A stretch of DNA of 64,000 nt from Acidobacteriota bacterium (GTDB lineage: Bacteria; Acidobacteriota; Blastocatellia; UBA7656). Under the pieces are notes generated by a model, which ran no database searches, was not told the origin of the DNA, and saw only the letters and a program-made list of their open reading frames with translations. Both the position numbers and the translations under genes were made by a program. Below, one piece after another: positions 19,685 to 28,679 of the stretch (position 1 is its first letter; each line of letters opens with the position of its first letter). The stretch is from assembly GCA_038040455.1 (NCBI GenBank), contig JBBPIH010000039.1, positions 4,998 to 68,997 of the forward strand, written 5' to 3'.

Positions 19685-20608
19685 TCAAGCCTTGCCAAGA
19701 AGGTAGATCGGCATAGTCGGTTGCTGGGAACCGCCTTCGGGTTCCAGCGTGATCGCGGCTGCGGCGAGTCGGTTCATGTTCGGAGGTAACTGAACGACTG
19801 TGAAACCGTGACCGTCATTATGGAGATTGATCAAGCCTGCGCTGATCTTAGCTGCGGGGGTGACGAACCACAACTGATAAACCCTTCCTTGGGGCGGGGG
19901 CGGCAGATCTGCAGTTACCACCCATCGCTTGCCTTGCACATCCCAGTAAATCCTTGCGGAGGAAGCTGGCGCGGGCTCTTGTGATTCAAGCGGGATGATT
20001 CGCCACTGAGGTGAGCTAAGCACAGAATTGATCTGGGCCAACTCCGTCGATGTCGATCTCTCTTTTTTGAGCTGCTCTTTGAGCCTGGCATTCTCTTCAC
20101 GCGCGGACGCCCCCTCTTCTATTGCCGCCTGTAAGGGCCGGCGTTCAGACTGCCAAGCAGTGAATGTGTAAGCGAACGCGATCAATAGCGCAGCGGCGAC
20201 GGCCCAGGGCAGCCATACGCCGCTGAAAGGTGAGCGCGCCGGAGCCGACCTGAGCTCGGTGGCGCCGGCTTGTTCCGGGAACGGAATCACAGTCGCTGAC
20301 GCAGATGGCGCGTCTGGCGCCTCCCTCCCTATCCGAACCGCAAGCAGGTCGCGCAAGTAGGCCGGAGGCGCAACCGGCGCCGCGACCGAGCCCATCACTC
20401 CGACCACCTGGTCGAACTGCTTCAACTCTGCGGCGCACGCCGAACAGCCCTCGCGAATGTGGACGTCAAACGCGCAGGCTTCACGCTGCGAGAGCGCGCC
20501 CAACGCATACAGCGCCGCGACCTCCTGGCCTTCTCTGGTTACGCGATCATGGTTCAATACGTTAATGCCCTTCAACTGAATCGGCTTGCGCGGTCCACGG
20601 TAACGCAA
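19685..20608 (-). CDS. membrane anti-sigma factor (zf-HC2 N-terminus, one TM helix, RskA-like C-terminal domain)
   Basis: It carries the H..C..C zinc motif (HIREGCSACAAEL), a central TM helix (WLPWAVAAALLIAFAYTFTAW) and an extracytoplasmic C-terminus. Confidence 0.55.
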   Translation of the reverse strand: MRYRGPRKPIQLKGINVLNHDRVTREGQEVAALYALGALSQREACAFDVHIREGCSACAAELKQFDQVVGVMGSVAAPVAPPAYLRDLLAVRIGREAPDAPSASATVIPFPEQAGATELRSAPARSPFSGVWLPWAVAAALLIAFAYTFTAWQSERRPLQAAIEEGASAREENARLKEQLKKERSTSTELAQINSVLSSPQWRIIPLESQEPAPASSARIYWDVQGKRWVVTADLPPPPQGRVYQLWFVTPAAKISAGLINLHNDGHGFTVVQLPPNMNRLAAAAITLEPEGGSQQPTMPIYLLGKA

Positions 20609-20629
20609 GCTGGCAGCTTGCCCTACGGC

Positions 20630-21238
20630 TCAGCGCGCGTCCAACACCTCATAGCGTTCCGGAGCTATTAGCAGAAATAGGGTTCCATCCACCGTGTAAG
20701 TCGTCTCGTGGATGCTGCCCGCTTCCGCTCGGTGGTAATCGCCAGGATTAAGCTTCTGTCCGGCGACGTTGCAGTCACCCTCGATGACGAAGAACTGTTC
20801 GACGCCAATGTGTTGGTGAATGGGCAACGCCGTGCCCGGCTGCATTCTGACCAGCGACGTCGCGATCCCGGACGCCTGGTCCAGGTGAATCCTTTTCAAC
20901 AAGACGCCCTTCTGCACCTCGCGCCATTCGCCGTCAGAAGCGAGGACCGATACGAACTGCTTTGACGCGCCCGTTTTTACTGCCGTTGGTTGACCCGATG
21001 CGGACTTGCTCAGCCTCGTCAACAACTCTGCTCGCACTCTTGCAGGAGGCTGTTCATCGGGAGCACTGAAGGCCAAAGCCCTCACAGTCTGCGCGAACGA
21101 TTCAAGCTCGGCACTGCACGCGTCACAGCCTTCAGCCAGGTGCTGTTCAAAGGATCGAGCTTCGTGCAGAGAGAGAGCGCCCAACGCGTACAATGCTGCA
21201 ACGTCTGTCATTTCGTGTGCCGCGGCGCGGTCGGTCAT
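20630..21238 (-). CDS. ChrR-like anti-sigma factor (zf-HC2 plus C-terminal cupin)
   Basis: It has the ALYALGALSLHEARSFEQHLAEGCDACSAEL zinc motif and a C-terminal cupin (LPIHQHIGVEQFFVIEGD). Its stop overlaps the start of the upstream sigma gene (ATGA). Confidence 0.65.
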   Translation of the reverse strand: MTDRAAAHEMTDVAALYALGALSLHEARSFEQHLAEGCDACSAELESFAQTVRALAFSAPDEQPPARVRAELLTRLSKSASGQPTAVKTGASKQFVSVLASDGEWREVQKGVLLKRIHLDQASGIATSLVRMQPGTALPIHQHIGVEQFFVIEGDCNVAGQKLNPGDYHRAEAGSIHETTYTVDGTLFLLIAPERYEVLDAR

Positions 21239-21849
21239 AGCTGGACCTCCAGCATTGGACGAAGCATATCGCGCAGCTTCATCATGCCGAGCCGCGTTCG
21301 TGTCTTCACCGTGCCAAGCGGCTGACCTAGCTGAAGTGCGATCTCGCTGTGACTCAAGCCTGAATAATAGGCCAGCTCGATCACCTCTCGCTGCTCAGCC
21401 GACAACGCCTCAAGGGCTGTACGGACCAATTGCCTTCGCTCGGACGAGACGGTATCTTCCTCAGGGCTCGCGGTCGTCGCGGTGACCTCACCTATTGCGT
21501 CCAGCGATTCTTTGTTCTGATGTTCATGTTTACCTGATCGAAGCCGATCGATGCCGCGCGTGCGAGCAATCATCATCAGCCACGCCAGCGGGGCGCCGCG
21601 CTTGGTGTCATACGTTGAGGCTTGGCGCCACACTTGAGTGTAGACGTCGAGCAGTACTTCTTCTGCGGTCGACCTATCGCTCACTACCCGCAGGAGCAGT
21701 CCGAACACCAGCCTGCTCGTGGAGTCGTACAGCGTCGTAAGCGCGGACTGATCCCCATCGGCCACTCTCTTGATGAGCGCCGCCCAGTCCTGATCTCGAG
21801 TGCTGAGCTCTCTAGAATCTTGGGGTGACCCCAATGCTTTTCCCCTCAT
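21235..21849 (-). CDS. ECF (sigma-24 type) RNA polymerase sigma factor
   Basis: It has region 2 (DRSTAEEVLLDVYTQVWR) and a region-4 HTH (LSHSEIALQLGQPLGTVKTRTRLGMMKLR). Confidence 0.75.
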   Translation of the reverse strand: MRGKALGSPQDSRELSTRDQDWAALIKRVADGDQSALTTLYDSTSRLVFGLLLRVVSDRSTAEEVLLDVYTQVWRQASTYDTKRGAPLAWLMMIARTRGIDRLRSGKHEHQNKESLDAIGEVTATTASPEEDTVSSERRQLVRTALEALSAEQREVIELAYYSGLSHSEIALQLGQPLGTVKTRTRLGMMKLRDMLRPMLEVQL

Positions 21850-22090
21850 CTAAGTCTACGCGAACCCTCTTGCTAATGGATTCGCCCTAATTTGTTGTAG
21901 CTCTCCAAGACTATCGTTAAGAGTATGGATGATACAACAAGGATAGCAAGTCGCTAAAGTAATCTGTCGTTGACGCGGCTATGCCGGTTGAAATCAAGAG
22001 CCACTCTGGAGTCAGTCGCTTATCGATGACGCATAGTTTACCTTGGGTACGTCTGGACTCAGCGATGCGAGCTTGGATAACACAGTTTGG

Positions 22091-22209
22091 ACCTGGGAGC
22101 GCAGGCATCCCTGCCTGCGCGGAGTGCGCGAGAAGCGCTTTAAGAAAGAGAACCCGTTAGCCGAAAGAGGCAGGCAGGCAGGCAGGTAGGGATGCCTGCG
22201 CTCCCAGTC
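22091..22209. repeat. 25-bp near-perfect inverted repeat pair (CTGGGAGCGCAGGCATCCCTGCCTGC ... GCAGGTAGGGATGCCTGCGCTCCCAG) with a (GGCA)4 tract
   Basis: It was read directly from the sequence. It lies in the 370-bp gap between a phosphoesterase gene and the ECF sigma operon. Confidence 0.6.
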
Positions 22210-22222
22210 CTTCAGATTGATA

Positions 22223-22942
22223 TCACCGATCGCTGGTGATTCTTTGAAACTCTATCTCCGCGGGTGCGAAGTTCGCCGCGTCCGCACTCACCAAGAGGTA
22301 GGTTGTCCTTACCCGCAATCCTGTAAGAGCTGTACTTATGTCGTCGCCGTGCAGATGCCCATACACACAAACGTCTGCGCCGTATTCATCAATCAACTCC
22401 GTGAAAGCGGAGGGTTCATGCGTTGCGTTGGTCGGAGGATAGTGCAGCGCAACGATCAACTCATCGAACTCGCTCTTGCGACCGTGGAGGGATCCGAATG
22501 CAGCGCGCAAGCGCGCGACTTCGCGCTCATAAATCCTCGCGTCCTGCTCTTCAAAGTGCGGGTCGTTAGGGCACGTCCACCCACGGGTGCCGACTACGGC
22601 GACGCGATTCACGATGATCGAGCTAGCCTGGAGGATCTTGATCGAGGGGTGGAGCGCGCGGCTCATCTTAGACTTGGACTGCCACCAATAGTCGTGATTG
22701 CCTTTGACCAGCAGCTTGAGCCCCGGCATCTGACCGATGCGTTCAAGGTCCGGCATCGCGTCTTCGAGCCGCATAGCCCAGCTTGTATCGCCGACTATGA
22801 GCACCAGATCTTCGTCGCGCACTGTTCTCTCCCACGCGTCGAATACTTTCAGATCGTGGTCGCGCCAGTGCTCGCCGAAGCGATCCATCGTCTTTCCGGT
22901 GCCGCCCGCGAGGTGAAGGTCGCCGATTGCGAATACTCTCAT
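22223..22942 (-). CDS. calcineurin-like metallophosphoesterase
   Basis: It carries the GDLH, GD..D and GNHD phosphoesterase signature motifs. Confidence 0.65.
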   Translation of the reverse strand: MRVFAIGDLHLAGGTGKTMDRFGEHWRDHDLKVFDAWERTVRDEDLVLIVGDTSWAMRLEDAMPDLERIGQMPGLKLLVKGNHDYWWQSKSKMSRALHPSIKILQASSIIVNRVAVVGTRGWTCPNDPHFEEQDARIYEREVARLRAAFGSLHGRKSEFDELIVALHYPPTNATHEPSAFTELIDEYGADVCVYGHLHGDDISTALTGLRVRTTYLLVSADAANFAPAEIEFQRITSDR

Positions 22943-22954
22943 CGACGAATGATA

Positions 22955-23207
22955 CAGGATCAGAGGTCAGAAGTCAGAAGGCGGAAGGCAGAAGGCAGAA
23001 GACGGAAGGCAGAAGACGGAAGGCAGAAGGCGGAAAGGCAGAGGTGCCAAATCAGAGGTCGGAAGTCCGAGTGGGAAGTCAGAAGCTGTTTGGCCAACGC
23101 ACGAGCGGGCTGAAGCCTGCCTCGTGCGGTCCTGACCGCTGGCCTGACCTCTGATTTCTCACCTCCGCCGGCTGCCTTCTGCGTTCTGCCTTCTGCCTTC
23201 TGATCTC
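22955..23207. repeat. inverted arrays of degenerate heptad repeats (GCAGAAG/GCGGAAG x about 12, then CTTCTGC x about 4) forming a long imperfect palindrome
   Basis: It was read directly from the sequence. The two ORFs the track predicts here (22927..23154 + and 22960..23241 -) translate to KAEGRR-type low complexity and are artefacts of the repeat. Confidence 0.7.
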
Positions 23208-23210
23208 TGG

Positions 23211-24755
23211 CTACATCGGAAGCCGCAGTCGAGCTTCGCACCCGTGTGCGTTTTGCCGGTTCTCGAGTGTCAGAGTCCCCCCGTGCGCCTCTGCGATCTG
23301 GCGGCTCAACACAAGGCCGATTCCCGAGCCGCCGGGTTTGGTAGTGAAGAAGGGAACGAACAGGTTGCTGGTATTTGAGAGGCCGGGCCCTTCGTCTTCG
23401 ACCCAGACTTCAATTCGCCCTAAGACCCTGCGCCATCCGACTCTAACGCGGCCTCCCGTCTCGAGCGAGGCATCGACGGCGTTGCGGACAAGGTTGATCA
23501 ACAGTTGCTCGAGCTGATCGCCGTCCGCGCGGATTGTGATCTCCGGACCGGCAGACAGTTCGATGGCGACTCGAGTTTCCAGTCCTACGACTCGCTTTAC
23601 CAGCGCGCTGATGCTGAGCGGTTGTAGTCTTGGCAGCGGAAGCCGCGCGAGTCTCGAATAAGCTTCCATAAATCGATTGAGCGAAGCAGCTCTTGCGGCG
23701 ATAACTCCCAGACCGCGGCGCATGTCTTCCTTCCAGTCAGCCGGTTGCGTCTCGCGAGCGACCAAGCTTTCAAGGCTGCCGGCAATCGACTTGATTGGAG
23801 CGAGTGAGTTATTGAGCTCGTGGCCGAGCACACGAACCAGCCGCTGCCATGCTTGACGCTCTTCTTCGCGGAGCGCGCGACTGAGATCAGACAGCACGAG
23901 CAACTGGTGCGGCGCGCCCCGCTCGCGGAAGGTGCTGCGATGCACCTCCCACGGCCCGGCGCCGCCAGCAAATGGCCTCTGAAGCGTGCGAGTGCTTTCG
24001 CCGCTCAGGCAATCGGCAAGCCCGAGATCACCGGCGCTTTTTGCCATCAGCCGCTCGGCAGGTTGAGCCAGGAGGCGTTCACCCGCGCGGTTCACCAGCT
24101 TGAGCTTTTGCTCGCTGTCGAATGCGAAGACGGCAACTTCGATTTCGGCCATCACGGTTCTGAGCAGCGCCGTGGCTTCCAACGCCCCAAGCCGCTGCTC
24201 GCGCAGAATCTGCCCGAGGAAATTCACCTCGAGCATCGCTTCTCCTAGAGCATCGTCGCGAGCCGCACCTCGCGCGCGAATCGAGAAGTCGCCTTCGCGC
24301 AGCGCCGCAAGCAGGTTGGAGAGAGTCTGTAGGGGAAACACCACACGCTCGCGCACGGCGTGAGAGAAGCCAAGCCAGAAGCCGATTATAACGACCGTGA
24401 GGGTCCACTGCACTCTTGCCGGTTGTGGCTCACTCCACAACAAGATCAGGGCAATAAGCACCGCTGGAAATCCCGATGCAAGCGCCATCACGAGTATTCG
24501 GCGATCGTGCTTCGCAGTGAAGTAGCTGCGTGAGGTTTGCGGCGGCATTTTTGCGCGTGAAGCCGCCGGCCGACGCAAGGAGTCCGTATCCGTTGTGGTC
24601 TGTCTGGAAGTTTTCAGTGAAAGCGGTTCCAATTGTGCGTCAATACCGGGCGAGGTAGCCGCGCGATCTTCGTCATCAGCTCGCTCATCGGAGGTACCGC
24701 CGGAGACGAGCGGCGACGCGAGCTTCGGGATGGCTCGTGCTTTGAGGCGCTTCAT
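23211..24755 (-). CDS. sensor histidine kinase (TM, HAMP/PAS-like linker, HisKA, HATPase_c)
   Basis: It has an H-box (HELNNSLAPI) and N, G1 and G2 boxes (NLVRNAVDA, DEGPGL, GGSGIGL). The start ATG at 24755 overlaps the regulator stop (ATGA). Confidence 0.75.
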   Translation of the reverse strand: MKRLKARAIPKLASPLVSGGTSDERADDEDRAATSPGIDAQLEPLSLKTSRQTTTDTDSLRRPAASRAKMPPQTSRSYFTAKHDRRILVMALASGFPAVLIALILLWSEPQPARVQWTLTVVIIGFWLGFSHAVRERVVFPLQTLSNLLAALREGDFSIRARGAARDDALGEAMLEVNFLGQILREQRLGALEATALLRTVMAEIEVAVFAFDSEQKLKLVNRAGERLLAQPAERLMAKSAGDLGLADCLSGESTRTLQRPFAGGAGPWEVHRSTFRERGAPHQLLVLSDLSRALREEERQAWQRLVRVLGHELNNSLAPIKSIAGSLESLVARETQPADWKEDMRRGLGVIAARAASLNRFMEAYSRLARLPLPRLQPLSISALVKRVVGLETRVAIELSAGPEITIRADGDQLEQLLINLVRNAVDASLETGGRVRVGWRRVLGRIEVWVEDEGPGLSNTSNLFVPFFTTKPGGSGIGLVLSRQIAEAHGGTLTLENRQNAHGCEARLRLPM

Positions 24756-26122
24756 AACCCGAACCGTTGAAGCCGTCTGTAGAGAGCGCTGCGGCTGAGA
24801 CCGAGCTTCTCCGCCGCGCGGCTTACGTTGCCGTCGCACTGCGCAAGGGTTCTCTGAATCAAGAAGCCTTCGACCTCTTCCAGGCTCATGTCTTCCAACC
24901 GGCGCGAGACCTCGCGCCCGGACTGGAGGCCCAAGTCCCGAGCCTCCAAAGTGGCTCCCAGCGCCATGAGCACGGCACGCTCGACGGCGTGGTCAAGCTC
25001 GCGTACGTTGCCGGGCCACGCGTGTTTCAACAGGGCCTGCATTGCCGCCGGGTGGAAGCCTTCGAGGTTCTTGCGGTAGCGGCGCTGGTGTTGACGAAGG
25101 AAATGCGTTGCCAGCAGCGGAATATCTTCCCGGCGGTCGCGAAGCGCCGGCAAATGTATCTCGACTGTGTTAAGCCGGAAGAGTAAGTCCTGGCGGAAGC
25201 GGCCGGCTGCGACTTCTTCGCCAAGATCGGCGTTCGTTGCTGAGATTATTCTCACGTCCGAGCGTCGCGTCTTTGAAGAGCCCACGCGCTCAAACTCGCC
25301 CGTCTCGAGCACGCGCAGGAGCTTCGGCTGATGCTTTATCGGAAGGTTGGCGATCTCGTCCAAAAACAGCGTGCCGCCCTCAGCCATCTCAAACCGCCCA
25401 ACGCGATCCGCCTTTGCATCGGTGAACGCGCCTTTGACGTGGCCGAACATTTCGCTCTCAAACACGCCCTCGGAAAGTCCACCTACATTGGCGGTGACCA
25501 TCGGCTTTGAAGTCCGGCTGGACATGACGTGAAGCGTCTGAGCGACGACTCCCTTACCGGTGCCGTTCTCGCCGGTAATTAGAACGTTTGCGTCGGAAGC
25601 GCCGACGCGTTCGACTATCTGAAGCACCGGCTGCATGGCTGGAGACTCGGCGATGAGTTTGGGTTTTCCCTCGTCGCGAAGTATGCGGTTCTCGGCCTCT
25701 AACCGCTGGCCCCTTCTTAACGCCTGACCGAGTTCTGCTTGAGTGTGTAGGATGGTCAGCAGTCTCGCGTTATCCCACGGCTTCTGGATAAAGTCGCTCG
25801 CACCGCGGCGCATAGCCTCGACCGCGATGTCCACGCTGCTCCAGGCGGTCATCACAACGACCGGCAGAGTGCTGTCGAGCTTTTGAATCCGCGTGAGCAT
25901 ATCCAGGCCTTCCTGCCCTGACGTCGTGTCACGCGTGTAGTTGAGGTCCATCAAAAGAACGTTGAAGTCCCGCTCCTCGATCGCCTTGATGATATCGCCG
26001 GGCTTCTTGACCGTTTCAATTTGGTATCGTTCGGATTTTAGCAGCAGACGAAGCGCCTCCAGGACGTCCGGCTGATCGTCGGCAATCAACACTCTGGGTG
26101 TGAATGATTCGAGCGCTTTCAT
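24752..26122 (-). CDS. sigma-54-dependent response regulator (REC-AAA+-Fis HTH, NtrC/NtrX family)
   Basis: It has a REC domain (LIADDQ...D), Walker A (GENGTGKG), the GAFTDA sigma-54 interaction motif and a C-terminal HTH. Confidence 0.85.
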   Translation of the reverse strand: MKALESFTPRVLIADDQPDVLEALRLLLKSERYQIETVKKPGDIIKAIEERDFNVLLMDLNYTRDTTSGQEGLDMLTRIQKLDSTLPVVVMTAWSSVDIAVEAMRRGASDFIQKPWDNARLLTILHTQAELGQALRRGQRLEAENRILRDEGKPKLIAESPAMQPVLQIVERVGASDANVLITGENGTGKGVVAQTLHVMSSRTSKPMVTANVGGLSEGVFESEMFGHVKGAFTDAKADRVGRFEMAEGGTLFLDEIANLPIKHQPKLLRVLETGEFERVGSSKTRRSDVRIISATNADLGEEVAAGRFRQDLLFRLNTVEIHLPALRDRREDIPLLATHFLRQHQRRYRKNLEGFHPAAMQALLKHAWPGNVRELDHAVERAVLMALGATLEARDLGLQSGREVSRRLEDMSLEEVEGFLIQRTLAQCDGNVSRAAEKLGLSRSALYRRLQRFGL

Positions 26123-26420
26123 ATCCAGATTCGTAACAGGGTGTGCCTAATATTAACCTCAGAGCGAGTTGAAAACTAGCCGCGTTTACGGCCCCGGAGG
26201 TTGGCCGGCAAGTAGGAAGCCGGAGGTCGTCATCAATCCACGGGTGCAGCCAGGCGTCCTTGCTGAAAGGTGGAAACCGCCGGACTTCGTGCACCAAAAG
26301 CTGGAGCGGCGCCATCACGCTGAAGCTCGCAACGGCGCCGCTCGTAGCCCTAAAAGCAGATGCGGCGCGCCAACGTATTGAAGCTGGATCTGCTGAACTG
26401 TAGCGCAGGTGGCGGTTGTT

Positions 26421-27161
26421 CTAAACCTTCTCAAAACCGCTTTCTTGCATCTCGTGCTCCGCCTTGGGCTCGTGCTCCTCGTCGACCACGCGGCCATCAA
26501 ACAAGTGCACTTGCCGGTCGGCGTGACGCGCGTAGCGAGGATCGTGCGTGACCATGCACACGGTCGCGCCCTGGCCATGCAACTCGCGCAGCAGCTCCAT
26601 CACCGCTTCGCCGTTTGTAGAGTCGAGGTTTCCAGTGGGCTCATCCGCCAGGAGGATCAGCGGATCGCCGGCTACCGCTCGCGCTACTGCGACGCGCTGC
26701 TGTTGACCGCCGGATAGCTGGCTCGGAAGATGCTTCGCGCGATGGGCCATGCCGACGCGTTCGAGCGCATCCATCACTCTCTTCTTCCGCTCGGCGGCTT
26801 TGGTGCCGCGATAGGTCAGAGGCAGCTCGACATTCTCGAAAACGTTGAGGTCACCGATCAAGTTAAAACTTTGAAAAATGAATCCGACCTCGCGATTTCG
26901 AACTCGCGCGCGTTCCGACAGCGGCAGGTCCGAAACTGGTTTGCCCGACAGCGAGTAGGTTCCGTCGGTGGGCGAATCCAACAAACCGAGAATGGAAAGC
27001 AGCGTTGACTTGCCGCAGCCCGAGGGCCCGGCTATCGAGATGTATTCGCCCTTCTTGATTTCCATATGAATCCCTGACAGGGCGTGGGTCTCAACCTCGT
27101 CGGTGAGAAATACCTTTGTAACACCTTCGAGCCGAAGCAGCGGTTGGTCGCTTGCGCTCAT
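26421..27161 (-). CDS. ABC transporter ATP-binding protein (MacB/LolD-like nucleotide-binding domain only)
   Basis: It has Walker A (GPSGCGKST), the signature LSGGQQQRVAVARA and Walker B (LLADEPTGNLD). It has no TM domain. Confidence 0.8.
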   Translation of the reverse strand: MSASDQPLLRLEGVTKVFLTDEVETHALSGIHMEIKKGEYISIAGPSGCGKSTLLSILGLLDSPTDGTYSLSGKPVSDLPLSERARVRNREVGFIFQSFNLIGDLNVFENVELPLTYRGTKAAERKKRVMDALERVGMAHRAKHLPSQLSGGQQQRVAVARAVAGDPLILLADEPTGNLDSTNGEAVMELLRELHGQGATVCMVTHDPRYARHADRQVHLFDGRVVDEEHEPKAEHEMQESGFEKV

Positions 27162-27199
27162 TTGTTTTCATTCCTCCAAAGTTTAGTAGATCGCGATCG

Positions 27200-28453
27200 T
27201 CAGTTAAGACGGATTCGATCATTGTTATCCCACTGGGTTGTGTCGGAGAGGATCACTATATCACCCTCCTTAAGGCCATCAATAACCTCGATTGTAGTCA
27301 CGGAACCTTTGCCGAGTTTTACTTGAACGCGGCTCGCGCCTGCGCGATCCGGATCGAGCTTGAAGATTCCGATCGTTGCGTTCTCGGATCCGTGAACCGG
27401 GCGATTGACCCAGAGTATGTTATCAAGCTTCTCCAGCTGTATCGTGCCGTCGACGCTCAAGTCGGGGACAGCACCCTTTGGCAGTTCCCCTTCGAGGGAT
27501 GCATCTACGGTGCGGGTGCCATTCTGGACTGAAGGGTCTATCCGAATTACCCTGCCGGCGATTATTCCGTTGCGCGTGTCAACCGACACCGGCTGGCCGA
27601 GTTGAATATCTTTAGCCTGAGTTTCAGAAATCTTGAGCTCCGCCTTGAGCCGCTTGGGGTTCGCTACTCTCGCGAGCTCCTGGCCGAGGGTAACTTGCTG
27701 CCCGACTTGAACTGCGACTGTCTGTAATTCTCCATCGATTCCCGCGCGGACTATCAGCGCGTCAAGTTGTCGGCGCTTGAGCTGCACTGCGTCTCTGAGC
27801 TGGCGAACTTTTTCATCTTCGGCGGCCAGCCTGGCTTTGGCTTCTGCTCGGCTGCCGGCCAGGCGCTTTCGTTCGAGCGTCACTCGATTGTCCAGGTCTT
27901 CTGCTGCGATTTGAGACAACTGCAACTCGAGCTTCGATTTCAAACCTTGCGTGGCGAGGGAATCGTTCACCTCGTATTGCATCTTGGCCTTCTTGAAATC
28001 AGAACTCACCTGGGCCAGCGACGCCTCTTGATCCAGGATCGTCTTATCCATTTGAACCTTCAACGTCGTGAGGTTGGCCCCGGCGCCGCGAAGTTGCGAC
28101 TCCGCATCGACAAACGCTTGTTGTATTTCCGGATTGGTCAACTCCATTAGCACGGTATCGGCTTTGACCTGCGCGCCAGGCTGGACGAGTCTCTTCTCGA
28201 TTCGGCCAGTGCTGATAGCTGGGACATAGCGAATCTCTTCAGGTACAAGCGTGCCTAATCCGCGAACATTGCGAAGCATCGGGCCTCGGGTGACTGTGCC
28301 TTTCCACAGAGTAGCGTCGTCAACGCTGGGAGCGGCAGGTTTCAAACGCGATACGCCGACGGTTATCAGCGCAACAGCTACGACTGCCGTTAGCGCGTAC
28401 AGGATCCTTCGAACTCGACGCTTTTTGGCTGCAGATTTACGCGGTATATCCAT
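27200..28453 (-). CDS. HlyD/MacA-family periplasmic adaptor (membrane fusion protein)
   Basis: It has an N-terminal TM anchor and a long coiled-coil, lipoyl and beta-barrel pattern typical of membrane fusion proteins. Confidence 0.7.
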   Translation of the reverse strand: MDIPRKSAAKKRRVRRILYALTAVVAVALITVGVSRLKPAAPSVDDATLWKGTVTRGPMLRNVRGLGTLVPEEIRYVPAISTGRIEKRLVQPGAQVKADTVLMELTNPEIQQAFVDAESQLRGAGANLTTLKVQMDKTILDQEASLAQVSSDFKKAKMQYEVNDSLATQGLKSKLELQLSQIAAEDLDNRVTLERKRLAGSRAEAKARLAAEDEKVRQLRDAVQLKRRQLDALIVRAGIDGELQTVAVQVGQQVTLGQELARVANPKRLKAELKISETQAKDIQLGQPVSVDTRNGIIAGRVIRIDPSVQNGTRTVDASLEGELPKGAVPDLSVDGTIQLEKLDNILWVNRPVHGSENATIGIFKLDPDRAGASRVQVKLGKGSVTTIEVIDGLKEGDIVILSDTTQWDNNDRIRLN

Positions 28454-28602
28454 GCTTCCTCCAACACCTTCTAAGGAAGTTCCGTGCCATCGGTGCGGCC
28501 CCCTTAACTCTTTCCGTAATTCATCTTAACACAACTGCGACGGTCACTGTAAGCGACCCGGCTTTTCGCTTCTGGGAACCCCGTGTTCAGAAGCGGACAC
28601 AG

Positions 28603-28678
28603 TAGCATAGACTTTAGTCTGTGTCTGGTGATTGCCCTTGTAGCGGAGTTACCCGACACAGACTAAAGTCTATGCTAC
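28603..28678. repeat. palindromic REP-like element, copy C (perfect 24-bp termini)
   Basis: Its termini are GTAGCATAGACTTTAGTCTGTGTC ... GACACAGACTAAAGTCTATGCTAC. Confidence 0.85.
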
Positions 28679-28679
28679 T

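Noticed and set aside
22955-23207. Possible CRISPR array
   Set aside because: The repeat unit is only 7 bp, has no unique spacers, and the second half is the reverse complement of the first. It is a palindromic heptad array, not CRISPR.
22927-23241. Two overlapping ORFs (22927..23154 + and 22960..23241 -) encoding KAEGRR/QKAEG repeats
   Set aside because: They are artefacts of translating the inverted heptad-repeat array. The products are low-complexity, mirror each other and have no start context.
26421-28453. Calling the adaptor plus ATPase pair macA-macB
   Set aside because: MacB is a fused ATPase-permease. Here the ATPase has no TM domain and no FtsX-type gene is present, so a MacAB annotation would be wrong.
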